DNA of 59,399 nucleotides, the filler included, from Bipalium vagum (taxonomy: Eukaryota): assembly GCA_037834085.1 (NCBI GenBank). It is 3 parts of 3 records of this genome, joined end to end, with 100 filler letters (N's around TTAATTAATTAA, not from the genome) between each part and the next. Parts side by side here need not be neighbours in the genome. Positions count along the whole stretch, not along the records: positions 15,734 to 38,742 come from JBBMKC010214585.1; positions 38,843 to 59,399 come from JBBMKC010250152.1; 1 more part is not named here. The stretch is one strand, 5' to 3'. The position numbers and the translations under genes were made by a program. The notes beneath the pieces are model-generated. The model saw only the letters and a list, made by a program, of their open reading frames with translations. It was not told the DNA's origin and searched no databases. The stretch's first letter is position 1, and the number at the start of each line of letters is the position of its first letter. Of this stretch, positions 27,080 to 41,016 are shown piece by piece.

Positions 27080-28180
27080 TTATGGTATGTATAAATTTCC
27101 ATCAATCATGATAGCCATGATACTTTGAATATTATTATAATATATATATGCTTTGTTTGGAAGCATTTGTTTAAGTAAGTCATTATTGATTATATTGATA
27201 TTTATGGCCTCATAATTTATTTAAATTAGCCGACTTATTTCAAGCAATAATTATGGAAGTTGATAAAATGAATATTCTCCATTGCACGTTGCTCCTTTTC
27301 AATCTACCGAAGGCACCAAATCAGTTTGCAAAACGTATGATTATGAAACAATATTCGGAAATTATGATGCAAATGGTTTTGGCGCTTTAGAAACAATGAT
27401 ATTGATTTAAAGAATAAAGAGTGAGTTGGCTGGCTACATGAAATGAGTTCGAACGAGTATGAAGCTCTTTTGAAAGAAGATTAGACTCACTCGAGTGTAG
27501 AGCTGTCGAAAACATTGTATGTTAATCTGAGCACTGTAATTCGACGGTTGCATCAGATGAAAGTTTTGAAAGAAGAAAAATGAATTCCTCATTATCGATA
27601 AACAGCATGTAAGTCGATTCACCACTTATCTTTTGCTTCTCCGTAGACACCGACAAAAGAATAGAATTGTGACCGGAGAAAAATTATGGATATATTATCA
27701 AAATTCCAATCTTAAAAAATTGTGGGTAAATCTTGGAAAACCAAAAAGAAATATTCATGGTTACAAGGTTCTCCTGAGTATATTGTGAGAAATGCTTTAT
27801 TAATAATTTAAATACTATCTGAGACTGCTAGTGCGGAATTATATGGTCGTCAGTTGAGACAATTGAACGAGCAATTAAATTGCCAAAGGGCTTTATTTCG
27901 CAACTAAACAAAAAATAATGTTCTTCTTCTGCATAACAATACCACATCACATGTGACATTAAGACCATAGGACACTTTGATAAACTGAAATTCGGAAATT
28001 GAAATTTTTTTTCAACCCATTCCCGAATATTTTCATTGGAGTATTCATCTTTTGCCCGAAAGATGGGAAAAGGTAGTTAATAATGATGGAAAATATTTTG
28101 ATTAAATGTATCCTGTTATTTTTTATTAATTAATAAAAGTTCTTCGCCTTAAAACGATGAAAATGTATGCATACCCCTAA
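27080..28180 (+). mobile_element. near full-length degenerate mariner
   Basis: Inverted ends TATTATGGTATGTATAAATTTCCATC / TATTAGGGGTATGCATACATTTTCATC; IVTGEKLWIYY and LLHNNTTSH motifs; many stops. Confidence 0.85.
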
Positions 28181-29199
28181 TAATTATTTTTCATTTAACC
28201 GCAACCAAAATCAAAACAAAACAAGAATACAGGAAAAAAATTAATATTATCGAATTTTTCTGAATTAATTTTATAGAAAATGATTTTCAGCACATTTTAA
28301 AGTAATGCTCAAAATATTATTTATAATGAAAAAGATCGCTCTTACATCGGTTAACAAATTAGTAAACTTTTCAAAACATGTCTACAGAGAAATTTTGTGT
28401 ATTATCTGATTTTAATCTGATAATTTACTTCAATTGGTAACCATTATTGAAAAACCAATGTGACTAATAAATATCTATATAAATTTATGCACTAATAATA
28501 AAAGTTACCTTCTTCTAGAGTGTCTATGTAGACCATTATCTTCTTAAGCCCCTAGATGATCTGTTTGGTTTTTCTTGAAAGAAGTCTTTCGACTAAAACC
28601 TTGCTATGACTTTTTTTTGTTCATTTAAGACACTTCTCATTTTGATGAATTTGTTAAAGATCACAAAAATCGGAACTCTTATTTCTGCACCCTCCAGTTC
28701 TGAGACATGTTTTTATATTCTGTTTAGGCCATTCAGGCCGACAGCTCGCTAAACTAAAAAGTCTAAGGAGACATGAAGGGATATTCTCCTCTTCTGTCGC
28801 CTTATTTGGACAGAGAGAGAATTAATCCATTAATGAATTAATTGTCATAATACCTTACTAGGTCAAAAATCGAAAAATCAATTTCCTCTTCTGTCATTCA
28901 GGTAAATAGACAAATGGGTCAATTTAGGCACCTAATGCTGTGAACAAACCCATCCCCCCTTTAATTATTACCATTTTCTAAAGAGTAACAAAATTGAAAT
29001 TTCCAATTTTACATAAACACGTACGAGATAATATTGCAGCTAACGAAAACTTAATAACGAAGATTTATTAACTTAAATTTGTGAAAACTGTTGACAGTTA
29101 CAGTGTAATATAGATTTTAGTAAAAAACACAGACAAATTCTTTTTCGTATGAACGGTTAGTTTAGTTTTTTTTTAATTTGAAGTCAAAATCAATGGTTG

Positions 29200-29780
29200 A
29201 ATATTGCTCAAGCCCTCGAGGGATTACTGTGGGAAATCATTTGTCTTCATTTATTTTGACATTGACGCACCTTGGTTAATAAAACAAGGACAGGACTCTG
29301 AGGACTTCATATGCTGTACCTAATTTGATTTCTAAAGAAGACCTACAACCGTCCTTCGTGAAATCTCTGGAAATTTCAATACGAATTCAACTTTAATAAT
29401 CTTTCTGGCGATATTACAAAGCATTGAGAGCTTTATTTTCAAATAACTGTCTGTGAGCTTACTTAATTTCCTGAAACACATGTCGATTTCACCAGGCATT
29501 CTGCAATGTCAGCGTCCCATTGATAGTAACATATCGACTAAAGAAGTGTATTACATAAGAGGAAAAAGAAATTAATGATTTTATCAATCACATTTCATTT
29601 TGATAAAATTACCCACTGTAAAACGCAATTTTACATTGGTGTTGAACAGGTTTGTTCATTATTTTCTTGTTTTTCTTTTGTACAGTATTTCTGACTGGAA
29701 ATTAGGCTATTTTTTCACAATGGGAATCTGCTGAAATGTCTTGAGCTCACTTCTCATATTGCCCCAACTTTATTTCTGCA
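29200..29780 (-). mobile_element. possible piggyBac C-terminal remnant
   Basis: Weak resemblance only (LQNAW segment, terminal Cys-region remnants). Confidence 0.25.
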
Positions 29781-30068
29781 AAATAGGATCAAATAGTTCA
29801 TACAATTATTAACATAATATACAGTATAGGTAAAAGTATTCATTTTCACATAACAATTTAACGTTATGTTAATTGGATTATTAATGTGACATCATCACCA
29901 TAAAAAAGAGCAATTAAACGGTATATTATATAATAAATATATATAATATAATATACATATAAAATTTCCTTTCTGATTATAACATGTAAAACGACATTGG
30001 CATTTCCAACACTTCAGGAATATTGATATTTACAAGATTGTTGTCACTATGATCAATTTCTAATAGAA

Positions 30069-30069
<1 letters not shown>

Positions 30070-30131
<62 letters not shown>
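30070..30131. repeat. (ATT/AAT)n microsatellite
   Basis: About 20 units; similar tracts at ~10830, ~45622 and ~56870. Confidence 0.95.
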
Positions 30132-30132
<1 letters not shown>

Positions 30133-30399
30133 GCTGTTGATATATTTCATGAAGTAAAAAGAATACATTAGTGAAAGGTATCGTTGAGCCTACTAAATAT
30201 TGTGAATTGCAAAACAAAAAGAAATACTTCTTTTGGAGAAATATAAAAAGTTCATTCCATAAGAAATTGAATTTTTTGTTTTAATTAAAAATAAGATTTA
30301 TATTTTATAAAATATGTATCAGATACAATGTTAATTGAACTCATCTATAATTAATATTGGCAGCTCTTCATCTTAAATCAATAATCTGTCTGTCGATGT

Positions 30400-30950
30400 A
30401 CGTCGTAGTGCTGAAAAGAGAAGTTAATATTTCTTTTTTTTGTCATGTTATGTGGTCACAATAAACTCATATCTTGCATCACTTATTCAAGGAATATAAC
30501 TAATCAAGATCGTTAATAACGGTTGGTCAAGGTTTATCTGTTGAGTTATTTAATTACACTGTCCTTAATGTTGCTTATGGTTTGTAGATTGATTTTATCA
30601 ACACTGTTAGAATGAAAATGTTTTTGGATCAGTACACCTTGTTTGTACTGAGGATATGATTTGTTTATGAATCAGTTGCTAAAAATGACTGAAATCATTA
30701 TGTAAGAACTTTGAAACATAACTTTTTTATGGTTCCTTGACAATTTCTGACTTTTGTGGTTTTACTGAACTCGCCAGAGTTCAATGGGGCTCTTAAAGTC
30801 ATATCTGAAAGCACTTAACGCATTGCATGTTGTTCAGTATGATTTTGCAGCAGTCTTTCCTTGTTTGAAATCATATCATATTATAAATGAGATAAATACA
30901 CCTAATAAGATTTGAAATGCGCGGATTTTTGGTGTTCTATTCAATAATAA
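30400..30950 (-). mobile_element. decayed mariner
   Basis: YDFKQGKTAAKS and HKKVMF fragments. Confidence 0.4.
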
Positions 30951-33900
30951 ATGTTATTCATCAAACCCCGCAATTCTAATTTAACAGCCTTATGCTAATA
31001 TGAATTTTGACACTAGACAATCATTGTGAAATTTTAGAGGTTGATTGGATAAATATTTTTAGGAAAACAATATTAAATCATTGATGGGGTATATATGATT
31101 TTGGAAGCTCTTCGGAATTTGTAAATTATGTAAAATCAATTAATATTATTACAGATATTACAGAATGCGTATTTTTTATTTTTTTGTTTATTTTCTGTAC
31201 AACTAGTAAATAGCGAATGATTGACGTTGTGATATACGAGGATAATATGAAATTGAACACAATTTCAAATTCACAGTAAAAAATTCCAACAAATTTTTTA
31301 TTATCAAATATTAATTTAAAAATGCCTCATTATGCATTTATATCTTAATCTTAGTCTTAACGAAAGATGCGTGAATCTTTTTTAATAAAAGAACGGCAAA
31401 TGGAGATTAATATTCAAATTCGAGAAATTAAAAACCAATAGATTTTCAGTGTGTTCTCTGAATAATTAAAAATATTTAAAAAATAAAAATAATTTTAACT
31501 AACCAGAATTTGATAAAATATTTTAATTAACTATACGATCATTTAATCGATTAATATGTATAATATCAAATATTAATGTCTGAAGAAGAACTGAAAAATA
31601 TCGAAGTATGTTTCATAATTCACAATTTTTTTAACAATTTTTGTTGTCAATTGAAAAAAACGTTTGCGCAAAAGATCGTATCTGTTTATTTGTTTTAATA
31701 TATTAATATAAATTGTACTTTAAATCAAAAAGTCCCATATCACAATGAAATATAATAAAGATTTAAGAAATTTTTTCTGAAAATTAATCATAAGATTTTT
31801 TTGTTAGAATGGATTTCTCAATTTACATAAATTATTTACGTAAATCTTTTTCACTGACCTCATCATGAGGACTGAACAATTGTTCCTTCAGTATTTTGCT
31901 GTGATTAATGATCCACATATTAAGGTAGACTAAAGTATTCATTAAAATATGCATTAAATGGATCAAATTTTATAAAATATATAACCAAAAATTTAGATTT
32001 ATTTAGTCATTAAAAACCCATTATTATTATTATTATTAATAAATTTATTATTATCAAATAAATTTATTAAAATAAATAATATTTTCTAAAATTAATTTAA
32101 TAATCTGAAAAATTTTTGTAGCGAAATGACATTATATATATCTTGTATTAATCAACTCTTACTGATTTGACCCGTTCACTTTTATCATGGTTAGGTTCAG
32201 TAATAATCCTCAGGAAAAAAACTCACACTTATTACTCCTCTCAACTACAATAAGCAATAAAAAATCAGAATTTTTTTCACAATTCTGCGCAATTGATCTT
32301 AAAATACTCAACGACTTGATGATACTATTCAAGCATTTCTAATTATGAGATATAACGTCAATAATTCTCTGGTCGCACATTATGTTCACCTACTACCCGA
32401 TAAATAAAATATGAACAATGCACATGATTGTAAAATGATCGAAAAGGAATATTAATAGCAACTGAAACAATGAATGATATCAATAAAAAATTAGTAATAA
32501 CAATACCATAAAAATATGGAGAATAGGAATAAAAATGAAAAATTGTTATTTTTGTAGAACTATAAGATACTTATATATGACCAGCGATGTCCAATCACAG
32601 CTCTACCATAGCTAAGAGCTCATTTGCTGACTCAACCAAAATAACTAAGCATCCTTGGAAAGATATGACTAAAAGATGATAATTTTAAGCCTAATTTATC
32701 TATAATAAAAATATTTAATTAGATTAAGCACTTTTGGGTTAATTCTTTGAGACAGAAAAATTGTACATTATTATTATAATTATTATTAATTCCTTTTTTT
32801 CTAAAAATATTAATGTTCATATTAGTATTGTTATGGGTTAAAACAAAAGAAATTATCATTTATACATATTTTCTAAATTCCATTTAAATAATGTTGGTAT
32901 GTTACTTCTTTCTGCGTTCTATCAGGATCAAAAAAAATTTAAATTAAATGATTTCTTATTTAAAATAAAATCCTAAATATTTATATTAAATGCTTCATTA
33001 AAACAATATCAGCTTTGGTAATAAGAATTTTCCATATTCTAAAATTAATTATTATCGTATTTTAAAAGGAATTAAAAATTTTGAATTACAGAGTAACAGT
33101 TTTTCCATTGTTTACATTTTTATTTTAAACAGTATTAAAATATTCTGATGTACAAAATTCTTTTAAAAATCTGTGATAAGAAATTTATAATTTAGGAGAA
33201 TTAATTATTTTTAAAAAGATAATTTTAAATATTGAAACAAATATTATTAAAGTATTTTTAGACATTAAATCATGTAAAATTAAACAATATTTTCTTAAAA
33301 AAATATTTAACTTTATAAATATTTGTTTTAATTTATTAATAAGTATTTTAAATTTAAAAAATAAATATTTTAAATATTTAGAAATAAAATATGATAGATT
33401 ATAACAATTATTAAAACTTGTGGCTTGATTTTATATTAAAATCCTTGCGTATTCTCTGAAGACAAAAAATGAGTGCTGAAAAACTGGTAGGTTAGATGAA
33501 AAAAATTTGATTGACAATTAATTAATTTATTGATTAATTTATTATCAACAATTAGTTATTCCTTGACGGGATCTGGAACTGTTTTAGAGCAAAGTATTTT
33601 TCAATAGTGTAATACTTTAAAAGTCATGAAAACAGAGGACTAAGTTATCAAATCATCAGTTTTTACCACATGCTTGAGAAATTTGTAATAGTAATAGTAA
33701 TTGTTTTGTAATAGTCCGATAATGGTTCGCTTTCTGAGAGAAAAGAAACTTGTCAAGAGTAATAATAACCTAAGTGAAATTCGATTTTGGCCAAAAATGT
33801 TTAAAGTTCTAATTCCGACTATATTGATTTTCCGGTAAATGATTAAAAAATTATGGAAAGTATTTCATTTATTGATATTTAAGAGTTAGATAATATCGAC

Positions 33901-36900
33901 AATTTTTCGGTTTTTAAGACAAGGGCTTCAAAATTAAATCTAAAATATAATACTAAATTTTTGAGCCAATAAAAAAAGTTGATAATAATACTTTTTATAT
34001 ATAAAATAACTTATAAAAAAATATTATAAACCTAAAATAAATGAATAAGTAAACGAATAATCAAATCGCGAAATTCGTATGGTATAATATATTTTTTATT
34101 ATTGTTTTTATGGAGAAAACATATTGAATAAATAATTGAATATTGAAAAAAACGTTTTCCTGTTATCAAGAATGTGCCGGATTACGAATAAGGAGATTAA
34201 GAGAAATAATACTGTGAAAGAAAAAGTTAGAGTAATCTAAAAAATCGGAATAATTAATTCGTAAAGAATTATGAATTTAAAATGAATAAAAGAAGATATC
34301 ATTCGATGAAATAATTATCAATAGTGATACTTATACAACGGCAAAGTCTAATAAATACAGTTACTTTTTGTACATATAGGCTTGATATAATTTCAATCGC
34401 GGAGACAGGAAGGAAATGAATCAAGTAGGTAAAGATAAAAGATGTGTTAAATTGTAATCTCGTGAATCAAACAATACCTCAAGCACCCAGATACCTTGAA
34501 TATATGAGAATTAATTATTTTTTAAATAATCTTTAAATATGAAAAAACCCGCGTTTTCATTATTGCTTTTTACAAAATTGCTACTCACTTTTATGACTAG
34601 AATGTGTATTGTTGATGTTAATATCCGTAAAATGATCAAGGGACCATAGAGTGTTCATCTATGAAGGTTCTTTCACTAACAGATAATCAAAACCATCCCA
34701 ACCAGAAATATAACCAGCTCCTACTTAGGTTGCTCTGCATTATGAAAGTAAAGCATAAGCTTATTTATTTATTCAAATTAGTTGAATTTCATTCGAGTTT
34801 ATATTTTAATACGTCAAAATATGTTTTATAAATGAGAACTGCTAAGAAGATTAATATTATCAGATTTCAAAGTGGAGCTGTTGTCTTGTGAATGAATGAA
34901 GAGAATTTTGAAAACAAAAGATGCATTAAATAAATGACAGGATTTTTGAAGAGAAATAATGTTAGGACTTAGATCTAAATAGTACGATCCTTTCTGATCT
35001 ATTTAAGTAAAATAGTTTGCGATTTGTTTTAACTGTTTAAATTATAATGTTAGTATTTGTTTTATTTATAAATATAAATAATAATGTAATTATTATAAAT
35101 AAATTGTTTTTTTTAATTCAAACATACAGTTTTTAGTAATAATGATATTAAGATTCAAATTTCTGCACACCTAACTTTAATCAATGTTTATTTTATTGAT
35201 TAATTAAATGATTTTTATTGAAAATTTCCTTAGATTTCACAATCAGGAAAAAATAATTGATGAATAATTATAGGAAAAGTAATGAAACCATTATCACAGG
35301 GATAGCATTTTTTAAAAGATCAGTCGTATTTAAATGGAATTCTGAAGAAGTGATCTATTTTGATTCTCAGGTTAAAGTGACACTACCCAACACTGGTAAA
35401 AAAAGAAAGGTCTTCGGTGTGATAAGGTCACACATCAAACTTCAAAGAATAAGTGAAAAATGTCCAGAAAAGACAATCAAATATCAATGAAAGACTGACC
35501 ACCTTTCCAAAAAACTGCTTAGAACCATTGATTCAGATGATGTGTTTTGAGACTTCAAATCATTTTGTTCTTGTTTTATTTTGTGAATTTTTCAATAAAA
35601 AACAAAACAACTTAGGATTCACTATAAAAATATTTTAATATTTGACCATAAATGCGAATTTTTCAAATGAAATGTTCAGAAAAAAAATTTAAAAATAAAA
35701 TAATAACAATCATTGAAAACCTCTTTCTCGTATTTATTAATTAATTTTCATATGCATTATTATTTATTATTAAATATATAATTAATAATAAATTAAAATA
35801 ATGAGTAGAATATGTAGGTACTATAAATTAAAATTCTTCAATCTTTAATATTATTTTGGATTTGGAACAAAATAAATGCACGATTCTAATTTACTTAGCA
35901 TTTATAAAGTTTTTATTAATTTCTGAAGAGGTATAAATAATATTGTGATATATGTTTTGTTTAAATATTCACTATATTTAAGCGCTATTTACAATATGAT
36001 AATGACTAACAAAATCAATACTAAACATGAATGTTAATGTATATTGTTGGTGTACGATTTCAATTCGGACCACATATAATTGGTTTAGGAAGTTCAGTCT
36101 AGGTTTTTTATGTTTAAACTATTATTTATTTTTTTATATTTACTATAAATATTTTTCTATTATAAATTTTATATTTTTATGGAAAAGGTCATTGAATTTC
36201 TAAAAAAAATTTGTGCAACGATACTTTCTGAAAAATACATACCTGTAACTTGACCTTTGTTTTTCTTTAAACCTCAATATAAGGTGCTTTCTCACTCACC
36301 CTGAACATAAATTATAAATAAAAAATACATTTTGTAAAAATCGTACAATATTTTATTATTTGTTAATATATAAACTCTTTTTATTATAGGTTATTCGGGA
36401 TGCTTTAATGTTCTTTCATTATATTTTGTTAGCTTTTAAGAATGATATCAAAACTCAAATCCATTCTTAAAATCGCGGTGTTTTTGGTTCGCCTCAAGTA
36501 ACTGAGATGAACAAAATAAAGGTCTACGAAGAGAAAATAGGAAAAAATACGCATGATTTCTATTGGAAGCTAAAATTTAAGAATTCATTCCCAAATATTG
36601 AGAAATATCCATAATTTTTCTAATATCTGTAAGAATGGATGTCTTGACTGGATTGTCAGTTTTGAAATATTTTAATAAAACATAATAAATTAATAAATTA
36701 ATTTCTGAATTAAGCATTCATTTGAAGTTAGCGCGGACACGCTATTATTTCAAAATTATATCTGTTCCTTTACCAAGAAAGAATTTGGAAATATTTGAGA
36801 TCAATAATCGGTCTTAACTTTAAATGAACTGTTCAATTTATGAAATTCTTCGACTTTTAGTCACTCGCATTTCAAGTTTTTGAAAAATATTTTAAAAATT

Positions 36901-37299
36901 AAGCCAAATTAATTAAAAAATTATTATTCTTCCATCATTGAATAAATAAATATTAACCGCTGTCTAAGAAATCAATATCAAAGTTTTCCCATTTAAACGA
37001 ATTGGTTAAAATTGGTTTCTTTTTTAATTATATCATGAATTTCTTTTTATTTAAAAATAATGATAATATTCTGTATGGACATGTAACAATTCAATCATTC
37101 TATATATTTGGTAGTAGAATATATATTACCCACTTTTCATCAGCTGTTGGTATTTTATAGAAAAGGGGTCTACTTTTAGCCTACTAAGATGAGAAGAACA
37201 TATGATCAGTTTTTGGAATTTATTTTCTGATTCATTTCCTTATTTTCCATCTCTTTCTAATGTGATTGTTTCTTCGTTGATATGAAATATCAAACCAAG

Positions 37300-37720
37300 T
37301 TTCTTACATATATGGCATGAGTCTGACTCGATTGGTTTCTAAAAAAACACCATTATAAATGTTAAAGAGTCTCCCATATCTCGGGACATCTTCCAGATTT
37401 TCATCACTAGACAAAACTTCTTGAATCAAAAAATAGGTTGTTCTTTCCTTTACTGTCTCTTTCCCAAGTGCAGAAAAAAAATTTCGACGGGCTTCTAAGG
37501 CATCGAGCTCAAGTTTAAATTCATACAGCAAACAGGAACGAATGATTGAATTTTTATCCAACACTTTGAATACGAGTTAATGACATTTTAAATATAAAAT
37601 CACATGCTTGACTTAAAGTAGTCTAATAAAACAGATTGATTTTCTCATAAATAAATAATAAAATATTTAATGAGATGTCAATTTAATAAAATCGGTAAGA
37701 ACTTACTTAGTCATCTAATA
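37300..37720 (-). mobile_element. mariner 5' remnant
   Basis: TIR TATTAGATGACTAAGTAAGTTC; IRSCLLYEFKL...ARRNF...LEDVPRYGR. Confidence 0.85.
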
Positions 37721-38742
37721 ATGGGTATATTTGCAGGATCAATTTTGAGAATTGCATTTGCCCAGTCCAAAGATATTCTCTTTCTTAACTTTTTCTAGAA
37801 CCTGTTCATATATACTTGTTCTAAAAGATCAAGGTCCATTCAGAGTTCTTGTTATTTACATCTCAGAAACCTCGAGACGGTACGGAAAAGAGAACAGTTA
37901 AACATAAAAACAAACCATTGTGAATATATTTTAATAATTATTTTCATTATCAACATAAGAAATTCAATTTTAAAAATTGGAAATATTTCCCATCTGGAAC
38001 TGCTTTTCAGACAACATAACCAAATAAAATGTGATAAATAACGATCTGACGAAGATTATTGTGATTTGAGGCTGATTATCGTTGCACAATAAATTTAGGT
38101 CTAGACTGCGTTAACTAATTTCTGTCATTTGAAGATTCGTATCAAAATGTAATCCATCTTATTAATTAACTCTCGTCGATTTTATGTTTACCTTTGCGTC
38201 GTTGCAGAGACCGGGCAGAAAATCTGAACAAACAGGCGTGTCGTTATCTAACCAGATCAGTCCGGCAGTCGAAGACAGCGAGACATCTGATCCGTCAATT
38301 GCGAAGTTGGAAATGAGGAAAAAGAAAAGGAGTATGTAAGTATCTCAAATTCTCCGTATCAAGTATACCCATTTGTATTGAAAATTGAAATTAACGTTCC
38401 TAATCACGCTATCTTCTACGATTAATGCTGAAAATTAATTGTATATTTTTAATTATGACTTTGGTATTTTTTCCTTCTTTGCACATTTCAAAGATAAATA
38501 TTGGTTTTTTTGATATTTCAGGAAAAAATTTGAAAAAAAGAAATTTAATTATTGATTTTTGGTTATCAATTTCATTTTGCTTTTTAATTGTCGATTAAAG
38601 ATTTTATTTTATAAAAAAATATATTTTTTAAAAATAAAAAAATATTCAATATTTTATTTTATTTTTCAGTTTTTATGAATCAAAGAAATTACTGATTTTT
38701 GTTTTATTGTTCTGACTGTTGATTTTTAAAATTAATTAAATA

Positions 38743-38842
38743 NNNNNNNNNNNNNNNNNNNNNNNNNNNNNNNNNNNNNNNNNNNNTTAATTAATTAANN
38801 NNNNNNNNNNNNNNNNNNNNNNNNNNNNNNNNNNNNNNNNNN
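38743..38842. other. assembly gap with artificial linker
   Basis: 44 N + TTAATTAATTAA + 44 N. Confidence 0.95.
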
Positions 38843-39959
38843 GGTGTGGAATATTATAAACATTCATTTAAATTCCAAGAAATGCTTTATATTATCTAAA
38901 AAAAATTAAAAAAAAATCATTTATATTTTCAATTTCAGATCAATTTTAAATTGGTAAGTCTTTTAGTGGCCACCCTGTATAAGAAGAAAAAGTAAAAATT
39001 GTCAGATACACAAATAATACACGAATAATGTTATCAAGTTTTTCAGGATTGTCAGATATACAATGATGTTATAAAGTTTTTTGATGAATTACGTTTGCTG
39101 GGTGTCTTAATTTATTTGAACTGTTTTGTTGCTGCACTTGTTGTCGGTTGTCGTAGTCTCCAGAAGCTGAAAACTATCACTGATGTATTCTGGGACTGCT
39201 AAGAACTTAGTCTTTATAACATTTATATATAACATCGAACGAAGCAAACGTGAATATTTCTTAGTATAAGAATGTTCTTCCAAATTAATAATAATTATGT
39301 CAGACATAATAATATTAAAAACACTACGCACATACTTTATAGTGCAAATATTATTTTAAAAATAAAAATTTCGTGGTCTCCTCAGCCTGCTTATGCCCAT
39401 ATATTTCCAAAATATTTAATTACCCTTGCTACATTGCACTGAACTCTTTACTGTTATTAAGCCTAAGTGAATTTCAATGAGCCATGAACATCAACATTGT
39501 TTGGTACAACTCAAAATTTTTAAATATTACACTAATCAAAAGTAATTTTGAGGAAAGTATAAAAAATAGTGACGTTTATCGATTGAGATGCGGTGATTTT
39601 GAATGACATTGATTTTTCTTCATCACATCTAGATATTTTGAATTTTAACTTTTGCGACATTTTAAATTTACAATTCGATCTCATTTGCGCAACATTTTTT
39701 TATTTGTAATATTTCGATTTTCAATATCCGTTACATTTTTTCATTAGATTTGTAAATCCAGAAATAATCTCCTAACTTTGTTTTTAAAAGAAAAAACATA
39801 CTTTGTTTCTGTTCGAATATTGAAGGTCTTTTTGATATCTGAAAGCACGTCATGATCCATCGGAATAGAACCATCAAAACTGAGTTTGAAAATTGTACTC
39901 TTATTCAAATGTACTCTTAAGCCTATTACACCCTTTTTCATTTCATTTTTTTTCAAATA

Positions 39960-41016
39960 ATTAATGAAAAATTATCCAAATGATATAAAAAATATAATTC
40001 TACGTACAGATGAAGATTATATAAGTTTTACTTTTCAGAATTCATGATTTTTAGATTCTTTAAGAATATGTTCTAATATTTTTGTTAAAGCTAAAATCTA
40101 ATAAATTTTAAAATCATATGAATGAAAACAAAAGAAATCATTTTATCCTTATGAGTATATTAAATGTTCAAATTATAATGAAGTTGATAAATTAATATAA
40201 AAAATAGATTTTAAGATTTAATGATTTAAGTAATAAAATAAATGTTTCTAAAACTGAAAGTGATTATAATTACTTTATTAAAGAATATAAAAATTTTAAT
40301 AATTTTTAAAAATTTTAGAGAAACATGTTTAAAATACCGAGATAGATCCTTGTTATTGTTATTCAGCTCCAGGTTTAAGTTAGAATATAGGATTAAAATT
40401 TACAAATGTTAAATTAAAATATTTTAAAACACATATATATGATCAATTATTATTAATTAAAAAAAGTCATGCAAGGAGAAAAATCAAGGGTACATGGAAA
40501 TAGATAAATTAAATTAAACAATAAAATAACATAAAGATTTTCATTATTCTTATGAACCGCCTAAGTATGAAAGGAATGAATCTATAATGGATTTTAACAT
40601 CTATTGTTTTTCTAATGGTTCAGCAAAGCTGTGAAAGTCTGCGACCGATTCAACAAAGTTTCCACAGCTAATGGTGAATTAAAGTTTATACTTAAACGGA
40701 AGATATTTAAAATATAATGATGCTAATATTTTATATTCAAGTTCTATCAACAAATTTTTATCAACCAGAGAAATGTATCATAATAAAAGTTTAATTTATG
40801 AAAGAACTGAAAAAGGAGATATATTTATGTAGTTGATTTAAAATATCTCTCTGGCATAAAAGAGAAAGCAAAAACTTTTAAAAAAAGTTTTAAGTTAATA
40901 ATTTTATTTTATCTAATGATCAGAGACTTTTTCTTAACACAGGGATAAGCCTTGCTCAGACAAGTAATAAACTTTCGATTGATAGTAATGAAGTAAAGTC
41001 TTTTCCACATGGATAA
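39960..41016 (+). pseudogene. Polinton/adintovirus protein-primed DNA polymerase B fragment
   Basis: Motifs in order: EDYISF..FLDSLR, KSFYPYEY, DPCYCYSAPGLS, YNDANILYS (motif A), VDLKY, DQRLFL...SFPHG*; internal deletions and stops. Confidence 0.8.

Noticed and set aside
29977-30168. Poly-Asn ORF (and poly-Leu ORF at 45583-45813)
   Set aside because: Translations of (AAT)n microsatellites.
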